From assembly GCA_963823665.1 (NCBI GenBank), contig CAWGMQ010000007.1, positions 1,053,273 through 1,117,272 of the forward strand: DNA of 64,000 nucleotides, read 5' to 3'. Below the pieces are notes generated by a model. It was not told where the DNA came from, ran no database searches, and saw only the letters and a list, made by a program, of their open reading frames with translations. The translations under genes were made by a program, and so were the position numbers. Below, one piece after another: positions 29,711 through 38,950 of this stretch. Each line of letters starts with the position of its first letter. The stretch's first letter is position 1. The DNA is from an uncultured Planctomycetota bacterium (GTDB taxonomy: Bacteria; Planctomycetota; Planctomycetia; Isosphaerales; Isosphaeraceae).

Positions 29711-32700
29711 TCACGGCGCGAACGGGTCCGTCGGCATCTCAAGGTCCATTATCAGGCGCTGGAAGTCGGGGCGTTTGCGGAGCGGATCCAAGGCAGATTC
29801 ATTCCGGAATCGGTTCGGGTTGCGTTGCCCGAGCGCGACGGCCCGGCGCAACCAGCTCATGGCGTTGTCCCCAAGGACCTTGCCCTCCGCGGCCGAGAAC
29901 CCCAGAGCCTGGCTGGCCCGCGAGCCCGCACAGGGCGGCGGGAGCGGCGGCCCGATAAAAACATTTTTCTGGTTCCATGATGGAGTCGAGCCCCTCATAG
30001 AGAGCGATGCCCCGCCTCCAGTCGGCCGCTGCGCCGGCTATGTTTCCCGACCGGAGCAATGCCAGCCCTCGCCAGGAGTAAGTCTCAGCGCGAGACAGAC
30101 GGTAAGCCAGGGAATCCGGATGTTCCTTCACGAGCTGTTCACGCAGCGCCACCGCTCGGTCCGCACACTGAAGAGCCTCCTTCGTCTTTCCCGTTCGATC
30201 CAATAGATCGATCAGGTTCTCAAGACAGTTCGCGATGTAGCTGCGGTGGTCCGGGACGCTCGGATTGTCGTCCGCCAGCTTTTGTCGAAGGGCCAATTCC
30301 TTGCGGAACTCCGCTTCTGCGTCCACGAACCTGCCCAGAGCATTCAGCAGATTGCCGAATGATAAGTGGATCTCTGCCTTGTTGCTGCGGAATTCGGTGA
30401 CGGCGGGGTTGTCGTCGACCAGCTTCTGCTGGATTGCCAGCGCCTTGCGGTACTCGCTCTCCGCCTCCGATTGCCTGCCGTTCGTCCAAACTAGCCAGCC
30501 AAGTTGGTCGTGGCTGGTTGCCAGTTCACTCCAAAAATCGGTGACGGCGGGGTTGTCGTCGGCCAGGTTCTGCTGGATTGCCAGCGCCTTGCGGAACTCG
30601 AGCTCCGCTGCCGATTTTTTGCCCATGTTGCTTAGCGTCATGCCACCACGTCGGATCGTGATCGCCAGGTCCCGCCGGGACTCGACCCCCGCCCCGGGCA
30701 TGGCGATGAGCGCCTCCTGGTCCGCGCGCGCAGCGCGAAGACCGACAGCGCTTCGTCATAACGCCTCGCGTTATACAGCAGCCAGCCCAGACCCGCCCGG
30801 CACTAGGCACGGGCAGCCCGTACGGCGGCGGTCTCCGCGAACCGTGGCGGCAACCCGACCAGCAGGGCCTCGGCCTTGTGATAGGTTTCCTCCGCCTCCT
30901 TGATTCTTCCAGTGTTCTGAAGCACGGAAGCCACGGCCCTCAGGCTCCGCCCCACGTCCGCTTTGATGTCAGGATCGGACGGCCTTTCGACCGCCAGCAC
31001 CTCGCGGGCGGCGAGGACCTGACGGTGCGCTGCTAATGCATCTTCCGGTTTTCCAACCTTGCCCGTCAGATCGGCCACCTCGAAGTTCGACTGCCACAAT
31101 GCCCGACGCGACGCCAGGTCCGATTCCTTGCCCAATAGCGCACCCAGCTTGCCATAGAAGTCGCTCGCCGATTTCAAGAGCCGGTCGCGGACCGCCTTGA
31201 ACTGCTCCTCCTTGAGCAAGAAGTCTTCGCTCACCCCCGTGTGAAATGTCTTGATCGCCTCGACCGCCAGTTCGTACCGGGCCTCAACCGCCGCCTGCGA
31301 GCGGGTCAATTCCGCGTTGGATTCGGCCAGCGCGGCGTTGGCGCGCGTCTCGCTAGCCAGCGACCGCGCGATGTCAGCCTTCGCCCGGGTCTGCACCGCC
31401 AGCACCGCCGACAGCCCGACCACGCCCGCCACGAGCGCCACCGCCGCGGCCGTCACGGCCGTCCGGTTCCGCTTTGCCCACCGCCGAGCCCGGCGAGAGA
31501 ACGGCTCGCGCCAGGCCGTCACCGGCTCATCCGCCATCCACCGCTCCAGGTCGTCGGCCAGTGCCCGGGGCGTCGTGTAGCGATCCTCGATCTGCCTGGC
31601 CATCGCCTACAGACAGATTGCCACAAGGGCCCCCTCGAGCGAGGGATCGACCAGCGACGGGCGCCGGAATTTGCCCTCCGCTACGGCTCGTAAAACCTCA
31701 CCAACGCCTTCGCCCTCGAACGGCGGCTTGCCGGTCAGCAGGCAGTACAGCGTCGCGCCCAGGCTGTACACATCCGATCGCGGCCCCAGGCGATCCAGCT
31801 CCCCGCGCGACTGCTCCGGGCTCATGTACGACGGCGTTCCGAGCGCACTGCCGGGCAAGGTCTCCGATGAGCCGCTCGACGACGGCGCGATGGTGTGCTC
31901 GCCCGTCGACGGATCAGCCCTGCCTACGGCCTTGGCCAGTCCCCAATCCACCACCAGCGTCTCGCCATGCTTGCCCACGATGATGTTCGCCGGCTTGATA
32001 TCGCGATGAAGCACACCGCGCGAGTGGGCGTAATCGATCGCATTGCACACATCCGTGAACCGCCGCAAGAGTTTCCGCAATTCAATCGACCGGCGCCCGG
32101 GATCAGTCCGCAATGTCTCGTCCTCATGAAACCGCGCGATCGCCTCCTTCAGCGAATCCCCCTTGATAAACCTCATCGCGTAGTAAGGCCGCCCGAAGGA
32201 ATCGGTGCCCAGGCCGTAGACCGGGACAATGCCCGGGTGTTCCAGTCCGCCGGTGATTTCGGCCTCGGCAACGAACCGCTCGCGGCTGATCGGATCATCG
32301 GCATGCCGCTCGAGGATCTGCTTGAGTGCGACTTCGCGGTGCAATTCGCTGTCGAGCGCCACGAACACCGCGCCCAGCCCGCCCCGCGCGTGCGGCCGCA
32401 GGATGCGAAACCGCTGACCGTCGGAGGTCGCCGAGCCGACGGCCATGCTCGCGGTACGATCTTGGTCGTCGTCATTGTCGACCTGCGTCGCCGGATGCGC
32501 GGTGCCGACGCGGCCCAACGTGGCAGTCACGTCAGGACTTCCCGCTTCGGCCAGGCTGGCTCGAGTCAACCGGCCCGCCCGATCGGCGGCCAGGCTTTTT
32601 TCGATGTCGCCACCGTGCGCCTGGACATGCAGTCCGGCCATGGCGTCAACAACAGCTCTGCGTGTGGCATCCAGATGCCCGAGTGCGACGAGGTGATCAG

Positions 32701-32830
32701 CAAGTAATCGACTCTTGTCACGCGTCCAGGCGGCGAAGGCCGCGAACAAGGCCCCTTGATCGATCAGGCCGTTTTGAAGCGCGAGCAGGCCAAAGAGCAA
32801 GTCGCGCGAAGGGTCGATCGGTTTGGGCAC
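29711..32830 (-). pseudogene. Planctomycete-type Ser/Thr kinase with TPR repeats, disrupted
   Basis: RDLLFGLLALQ, HARGGLGAVF, VALK, HRDIKPAN, DWGLAK, GTPSYMSPEQ; in-frame TAG at 31607 and 30803 plus frameshifts near 30730 and 29950. Confidence 0.85.
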
Positions 32831-32919
32831 GGTTTTGACTCCTCGATCGAGGGCAGGACGGCGCCGCGACGGAGCGGCCGGGACGGTCGCTGTCGATTCT
32901 AGGCACAGGACGGGGTCAG

Positions 32920-33055
32920 GCTCAACGGAGCGGATCGCGGGTCAGCCGTCCGCGACCGAATCCGTTCGAATCGCCAGCGAGGCGGCAGGTGCCGTCATCG
33001 CCGGGCGTTACAAGCTGCTCCAGCAAATCGGCGAAGGGGGTATCGGCTCTGTGAC
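32920..33055 (+). pseudogene. Short fragment of another Ser/Thr kinase
   Basis: GAVIAGRYKLLQQIGEGGIGSV (subdomain I), after which similarity ends. Confidence 0.55.
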
Positions 33056-33129
33056 GAGCTCCGCAAGCTTGCCTCGGCCAAGCTGGCGTCCGAATAGCCA
33101 GGCCAGACGCTCGACGCCGCTTCGCTGGT

Positions 33130-33885
33130 TCAGGCCTTCGGCGTCATGTAAAGCCAGTCATTGCCGGGCGGGCGCTCGTCCAGGACACCGCGATAGCTAC
33201 GACCCAGGAATGACGGCACCGGAAACGGGAAATCCTCCAGCGTGCGGGGCTTCACCGGGATATGCTCGACGTCGTGCGTGCTCGAGAACCGCTGCCGGAT
33301 AAGGTCCGTCACGCCCGGGACAAACATGTCGTGGACCTCCAGTAGGATGGACACGGAAATCAGCTCAGGGACCTTCGCCGGGTCGAGGAGTTCCTTCTCC
33401 CCACCATCGATGTCCATGATGAGAAAAGTCCGCACCGGCTCCTGAAGTGCGTCGCGGAGGCCGGCTGGTTCGCAAAACTCGCGCACCCCGATGCGCCCCT
33501 GCACTCCATTGGCTTCCGCCATCCGACCGATTTGCTCGCGCCACTCGGGGCTCTTCTCGAAGGCAATGACCCGAAGGTCAGGTCGCAGCATCGCCAACCC
33601 GACCACGTAGTACCCCTGGGCGGCGCCCACATCGATGACGCTGCTGTATCGGCCACCCGTGAGTACCTCACTCAAAGCCGGGCGGACTTCCAGCTCATAC
33701 GTCCCCAGGAGCATGTTGTAATCGACGAAGTCGTCGCGGTGGTTCAGGTACCGCATCCCCCGGAACGGACCGCTCATCACCACACCACCCGACTTCCGTA
33801 TGACGTCCCTCCGGGCGATCGCACCGGGGCGCAAAGGGCGTGGGACAAGGCGTCGGACCAACCCTCGTAAGTTTTCACTGGCCAT
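33130..33885 (-). CDS. FkbM-like SAM-dependent methyltransferase
   Basis: GPFRGMRY, LLGTYE, IDVGAAQGYY, IMDIDGGE and LLEVHD motifs. Confidence 0.75.
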   Translation of the reverse strand: MASENLRGLVRRLVPRPLRPGAIARRDVIRKSGGVVMSGPFRGMRYLNHRDDFVDYNMLLGTYELEVRPALSEVLTGGRYSSVIDVGAAQGYYVVGLAMLRPDLRVIAFEKSPEWREQIGRMAEANGVQGRIGVREFCEPAGLRDALQEPVRTFLIMDIDGGEKELLDPAKVPELISVSILLEVHDMFVPGVTDLIRQRFSSTHDVEHIPVKPRTLEDFPFPVPSFLGRSYRGVLDERPPGNDWLYMTPKA

Positions 33886-34176
33886 TAAGCTTTTACCGTT
33901 CCTTCCGCGAGTTCGTGGGCGTGGCGACGACCCGCCCTTCGAGCCGCCGTTGGCTCCTGGATCTTCCCAGCCTCTTGGCGATCATGGACATGTGAGCCTT
34001 GGTCCAACCAGCATCTGACCGCATGAAGTGCATTTTATTATAGACGCTCGAATGAGGAAAGCAGAGCCCAAGGACACGCCTCGCGATTTCCGCCTGGAGG
34101 CAGCCGGTTCGGTTAACGAGGCTCAGACTGAGGTCATCACCCAGTTCTCGTCTCGATTCTCTCCCACGTGCGCAAA

Positions 34177-34226
34177 CCGGTGTCACGTCCGATTCCGGCC
34201 GCGGCCGAGCTCTGACGTGACACCGG
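34177..34226. other. 50-nt stem-loop
   Basis: CCGGTGTCACGTC / GACGTGACACCGG perfect 13-bp IR with inner CGGCCGCGGCCG palindrome; downstream of amtB. Confidence 0.6.
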
Positions 34227-34370
34227 CTCTGATTTCGCACGAGCTGTCCCCCCGCACGGAAGGCCGAGGTCGACTGGCTCAGCTTTGTCTCAGCTCAGGG
34301 TCATCGCCAACGTCCAGCCGATTCCGTCGTTGCTCCCAGCCTTCTCACGCCCCTCGCGGATACCTGAATC

Positions 34371-35765
34371 TCACGAGATGCCGACTGTCACCGGCGCCGG
34401 CGAGGCAACGGCTCCATTGCTCCTGCCGTTCGCGTGCGCTCCGCCAACCTGAGCGGCAGCCAGTGCCGACTCCCCATGCTGGCTCAAGTCCAGCCCGAGC
34501 GCCTCCTGCTCGGTCGACACCCGCAGCGGGATCACCCAGTCGGTGATCTTGTACAGAATCCACGACCCGCCAAACGCGAAAACCGCGACGATCACTAGGG
34601 CCAACAGGTGATACAGGAATGTTCCAAATCTCCCCGAGGTCAGGCCGACATCCCTCGCAAACACCCCCGTGAGCACCATCCCCGTCATTCCCCCCACGCC
34701 GTGACACGGGAATACATCAAGCGTGTCGTCGAGCGCCGACTTCGATTTCCAGTGGACCGCCAGGTTGCTCACCACGCTCGCAACCACACCAATCACAATT
34801 GACTCGCGAATCGTGACGAAACCGGCCGCCGGCGTGATCGCCACCAACCCCACAACAGCCCCGATGCAGGCCCCCAGCGCCGACGGCTTCAGCCCCCGCA
34901 TCCAATCAAAGAAGATCCACGCGAGCATCGCCGCGGCAGACGCTGTGTTCGTCGTCGCGAACGCAAGCACCGCCGTTGGAGATGCGCCCATCGCCGAACC
35001 CGCGTTGAAGCCAAACCAGCCGAACCACAACATGCCCGTTCCCAGAATCACAAACGGGACATTTGCCGGGTCGTGGCTCTCATTCGCCAGATGGCTCTGC
35101 CGTCTGCCCAGGAACATCGCGCCCGCAAGCGCAGCAAACCCGGCCGACATGTGCACCACCGTCCCACCCGCAAAATCCAGAACCCCCCACTTGTGCAGGA
35201 TTCCGTCGGGATGCCACGTCCAGTGCGCCAGCGGCGCGTAGATGAACAGGCTGAACAAGACCATGAACACCAAGTACGCCGAAAACCGCACCCGCTCCGC
35301 GAACGACCCCGTGATCAGAGCCGGAGTGATGATCGCGAACTTGAGTTGAAACATCGCGAAGACCAGCAGCGGCAATGTAGGCGATAACGTGGCATGCGTC
35401 GATTCACCCACCCCGTCAAACATCAGAAACGTGAGCGGGTTTCCAATCACTCCGCCAATCGAGTTGCCAAACGCCAGACTGAACCCCACCACAACCCAGA
35501 CCAGACTGATGATCCCCAGCGCGATCATGCTCTGAAGCATCGTCGAAACAACATTCTTGAAACTGACCATTCCACCATAGAAAAACGACAACCCAGGCGT
35601 CATCAGCAACACCAGGCCCGCAGCCGTTAGCATCCATGCAATGTCGCCGGGATTGCTCTCTCCCCCTTTGGGACCCGCCGTGCCCCATCCTTTCGCAAAC
35701 AAAGCGATAAAACACAAAAGAACCATCACCAGAAAAGGAATGGCGGACGCGCGTTTCATGAGCAT
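34371..35765 (-). CDS. amtB: Ammonium transporter
   Basis: LVLLMTPGLSFFYGG, FQLKFAIIT, DFAGGTVVH, WFGWFGFNAGS and DDTLDVFPCHG motifs. Confidence 0.96.
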   Translation of the reverse strand: MLMKRASAIPFLVMVLLCFIALFAKGWGTAGPKGGESNPGDIAWMLTAAGLVLLMTPGLSFFYGGMVSFKNVVSTMLQSMIALGIISLVWVVVGFSLAFGNSIGGVIGNPLTFLMFDGVGESTHATLSPTLPLLVFAMFQLKFAIITPALITGSFAERVRFSAYLVFMVLFSLFIYAPLAHWTWHPDGILHKWGVLDFAGGTVVHMSAGFAALAGAMFLGRRQSHLANESHDPANVPFVILGTGMLWFGWFGFNAGSAMGASPTAVLAFATTNTASAAAMLAWIFFDWMRGLKPSALGACIGAVVGLVAITPAAGFVTIRESIVIGVVASVVSNLAVHWKSKSALDDTLDVFPCHGVGGMTGMVLTGVFARDVGLTSGRFGTFLYHLLALVIVAVFAFGGSWILYKITDWVIPLRVSTEQEALGLDLSQHGESALAAAQVGGAHANGRSNGAVASPAPVTVGIS

Positions 35766-35940
35766 TCCTGCGACAAAAATAGGCACGACCGCGGCGGTCG
35801 GGGTGCTCCCAGGTCGCGGCTTGATCGGAGTTTCATCGGTGGCGGAGTGACAGATTCTCGTAGCGAAACAAGACGGTTTCTTGAAGATCCCGGGGCGATT
35901 GCACGGGCGAATTCTGCCCTCAAACCAATCCGGAACGCAC

Positions 35941-35956
35941 CGCGAGTTAAGTACCA
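35941..35956 (-). promoter_or_regulatory. Possible sigma-54 (-24/-12) promoter of amtB
   Basis: Minus strand TGGTAC-TTAAC-TCGCG gives GG-N10-GC. Confidence 0.35.
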
Positions 35957-35998
35957 AGGCACTTTCCGTACCGTCATGTTCGAGCAGGCAGACGCGCT

Positions 35999-37216
35999 CT
36001 AAGAATGATTCTCTGTCGGCCGTCCCGAGGAAGCGTTCGCCTCGATCGCGGCGCGTATCGAGGCGATGTTCGCGATAACCCCCGGGAGCTCGTCGAGGGC
36101 GAACTGCGACTTCACGGCGGCTTCGGAGTAGGCGGCTTTATTCATTCCGTACACGGCCGATGACTCTTCGTCTTGACCCAGAGTAAACCCGCCGGCGGCA
36201 AGGATCGCCTTGCAGCCATCGACCCCATCGCGGCCCATGCCGGTCATCAAGATTCCCACGGCCGCGCGTTGATAAACGTTTGCCCCGGAATGGAACAACA
36301 CGTCAACCGAAGGCCGGTGACCGCTGACCGGAGGGTCGGCGGTCAGCCCGACGTGCACATGAGGCGGCGTGCCTTTGAGCACGAGGTGCATCCCGCCGGG
36401 AGCGACCAGAACTTGGTCCGGGAGCACGGCATCTCCCTCCTGGGCTTGTTTCACCGCGAGCGTGGTGTAACGATTGAGCCGCTGGGCGAAAACGCCCGTG
36501 AATTGCGCCGGCATGTGCTGAACGACGATGATCGGCGGGCACGGCGGACGTAACTCGGGAAAAACCCGGGAAAGCGCCTGCGGCCCGCCCGTGGAGATTC
36601 CGATCAAAATGCACTGCACGGCGGGTAGACGCGACGGTTTCTGGATCTGGCTAGAAGGCGGTGCCGTTGGGACCGCTTTCCGTTTCGCCGCGGCGGCAAT
36701 CTCGGCGTGGTGCACCTGCGCCGATGCCTTCGTCGCCAGTTGGTGCTCCTTGGGGCCTTTTCGACGTCCGCTCGACGCGGCCGCGACCACCTTGCCGACC
36801 AGAAGGTCGCGGTTGGCACGCAGCTCGGAGAGCTGGTTCTTCTCGGGCTTGGACAAGAAGTCGAAAGCGCCGAGCTCGAGCGCGTGCAGGGTGACATCGG
36901 CCCCTTCCTGCGTCAGCGCGCTCACCATCACAACCTCCAGCCCGCCGATCGCCAGCAATAACGGAAGCGCGTCGATACCGGAGGCCTCCGGCATTTCGAC
37001 GTCGAGAGTGACCACATCCGGACGGAGCCGACTGGCCTGCAGCACCGCGTCGCGTCCGTCGCGAGCGGTGCCCACCACCTCGATTTCGGGGGCCGTGCGC
37101 AGCAGGTCCGTCAACAATCGCCGCATGAGCGCGGAATCGTCGACGACCAGCACTCGCGCGCGTTCCACCGGCGGTCTCTGACGATGCTCGACGTCTTCTT
37201 GCTCGGGCGTTGCCAC
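35999..37216 (-). CDS. cheB: Chemotaxis methylesterase with receiver domain
   Basis: VLVVDDSALMR, TLDVEMP; GISTGGP, VQHMP, HRPSVD and MTGMGRDG motifs. Confidence 0.95.
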   Translation of the reverse strand: MATPEQEDVEHRQRPPVERARVLVVDDSALMRRLLTDLLRTAPEIEVVGTARDGRDAVLQASRLRPDVVTLDVEMPEASGIDALPLLLAIGGLEVVMVSALTQEGADVTLHALELGAFDFLSKPEKNQLSELRANRDLLVGKVVAAASSGRRKGPKEHQLATKASAQVHHAEIAAAAKRKAVPTAPPSSQIQKPSRLPAVQCILIGISTGGPQALSRVFPELRPPCPPIIVVQHMPAQFTGVFAQRLNRYTTLAVKQAQEGDAVLPDQVLVAPGGMHLVLKGTPPHVHVGLTADPPVSGHRPSVDVLFHSGANVYQRAAVGILMTGMGRDGVDGCKAILAAGGFTLGQDEESSAVYGMNKAAYSEAAVKSQFALDELPGVIANIASIRAAIEANASSGRPTENHS

Positions 37217-37232
37217 GGCGGCCTCTCGGAAT

Positions 37233-37589
37233 TCAAGCGAGCTTGGCGAGTAGGGCGAGCACGCGCCGGCGCTCGAACGGCTTGACCACGAAATCCACCG
37301 CACCGCCGGAGATCGCGTCCATCAGCACTTGTTTCTGGTCGAGTGCGGTCACCACCACAACCTTGGCATCCGCATCGATCGCGCGGATCTGACGCAGGGC
37401 CTCGAGACCCCCCATCACTGGCATCACCAGGTCCATGGTCACCAGGTCGGGTCTGTGTTCCTGGTAAAGCGCAACCGCCTCCGCGCCGTTGGTGGCTTCG
37501 GCGACGACCTCCCAGCCGGCCTCGGCGGCCACGCCGCAGATCATCTTTCGCATGAACAGCGCGTCATCAACAACCAGCAGGCGTTTCAT
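37233..37589 (-). CDS. cheY: Chemotaxis response regulator
   Basis: LVVDDALFMR, PDLVTMDLVMP and FVVKPF motifs. Confidence 0.93.
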   Translation of the reverse strand: MKRLLVVDDALFMRKMICGVAAEAGWEVVAEATNGAEAVALYQEHRPDLVTMDLVMPVMGGLEALRQIRAIDADAKVVVVTALDQKQVLMDAISGGAVDFVVKPFERRRVLALLAKLA

Positions 37590-37632
37590 GGTCTTTTCTC
37601 ACGGGTTGCCGACTGGAAAACACTCCCACGAG

Positions 37633-38175
37633 TCAAATCTCACGATCGCCACCGCCGGGAACCTTGATGGTGACGTTGCCCGAAACGGTGTCGAGCATCA
37701 ACCGCCGGCCGAAATTCCCGCCCAGGTCACGCCCCAGAATCGGAATCGACAGCTCGGAGAGGATCTGCTCGATCGTCTGCTGATTGCGCTGGCCGATATT
37801 CAACTGGGAATTCTCCATGATCGACGAGTCGAGTGGAAACATGCTGGCCCCACCCGCGAGCTTGGCCGTCAAACGCTCACGGCAATTCCCACCCAGCCGC
37901 CGGTTCATTTCTGCAATCAGGGCCGGTATCGCGGTGTCGGCGTACTTGCCGGGGTGATCGACGTTGCCCGGAGCCCGCGGCAGCACGATGTGCGCAACGC
38001 CTCCCAGCTTCGCGGCCCGGTGATAGAGAACCACGCCCACGCACGACCCCAGGAGCGTCTGAATCTTGCAGGGCGCAGCCGCCACTGCCCACTGCCCGAT
38101 GGCGACAGACACAATCGCCGCGGGCGCAGGTGAGGCCATCGATGAGGAGTCGGGTGCCTTTGGCAATTCAGTCAT
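37633..38175 (-). CDS. cheD: Chemoreceptor glutamine deamidase
   Basis: LGSCVGV, HIVLP, KYADTAI, AKLAGGASMF, IGQRN and DLGGNFGR motifs. Confidence 0.95.
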   Translation of the reverse strand: MTELPKAPDSSSMASPAPAAIVSVAIGQWAVAAAPCKIQTLLGSCVGVVLYHRAAKLGGVAHIVLPRAPGNVDHPGKYADTAIPALIAEMNRRLGGNCRERLTAKLAGGASMFPLDSSIMENSQLNIGQRNQQTIEQILSELSIPILGRDLGGNFGRRLMLDTVSGNVTIKVPGGGDREI

Positions 38176-38184
38176 CTCGCTGAT

Positions 38185-38874
38185 TCACGTGCGGCGCGAC
38201 TCGAGCTCCACGAGCGAAGCCTCAAGCGCGTGCCGCGACGCGCGGCTGGGTATGAAAAGGAGCGTCCAGTCGAGGCACAGCCCCCGCCGGTCGACTCGCA
38301 GGTCGGATCGAAAAACAAGAACCTGGTCCAGCTCGATCGCCTGCTCCATGAACGCGAACTCAAGCAGACTGCCGGCAAATTCGTGAACGAAGGAGGGCGG
38401 CGTGGGCACCAGATCGCCGCCAGCTTCTGGCTCTCGGGTTCCGCCGGCGTCGCGACCGGAGGCCTGCACCGTCGCGCACGGTAAATGCGAAGCCAGCGCG
38501 TTGACATAAGCGCATCCCACGATGTTGGTCGTCTCCTTCGCGGCCGATACTTCAAGCTCGCCCCAGTCGCTCGTGGTTCCGATCGCCTGGTGCATGAGCA
38601 GGTCAGAAAGAGCAAGGCCCGACCTGTCCTTGAACACGAGGATGATCAAGCCGGTGAGCCAGCCGCCAAGTCCCATCGAACACGCGGCGACCAGCGATTC
38701 CTGCGGACCGAGCAGCTCGACAGCCTGGGTGATCTCGACTTCCTCGACGACGCTGATCGCCAGCCGGATCTCCTGTCCCAGCCATTTGGAAAGCGCCTGC
38801 GAGGCCGCTTCCGTGCCGCGGTCAAAGATCATGCGCAGGAGACGAAGCTGGCTGGCAGTGAGACCGGTCTGCAT
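38185..38874 (-). CDS. cheC: CheC-family phosphatase
   Basis: ASQALSKWL and SAAKETTNIVGCAYVNAL (ExxN) motifs. Confidence 0.85.
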   Translation of the reverse strand: MQTGLTASQLRLLRMIFDRGTEAASQALSKWLGQEIRLAISVVEEVEITQAVELLGPQESLVAACSMGLGGWLTGLIILVFKDRSGLALSDLLMHQAIGTTSDWGELEVSAAKETTNIVGCAYVNALASHLPCATVQASGRDAGGTREPEAGGDLVPTPPSFVHEFAGSLLEFAFMEQAIELDQVLVFRSDLRVDRRGLCLDWTLLFIPSRASRHALEASLVELESRRT

Positions 38875-38950
38875 CGGGACATTTCTCCAAGGTCTTTGAA
38901 TCAAGGTTCTCGCCCAGCGGTTCCAACCCGCGTCGATCAGCCTCCCGCCG

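Noticed and set aside
21148..31609. Amber (TAG) recoding suggested by three in-frame TAG codons
   Set aside because: TAG ends normal genes here (fusA, the esterase), and the affected genes show other signs of decay
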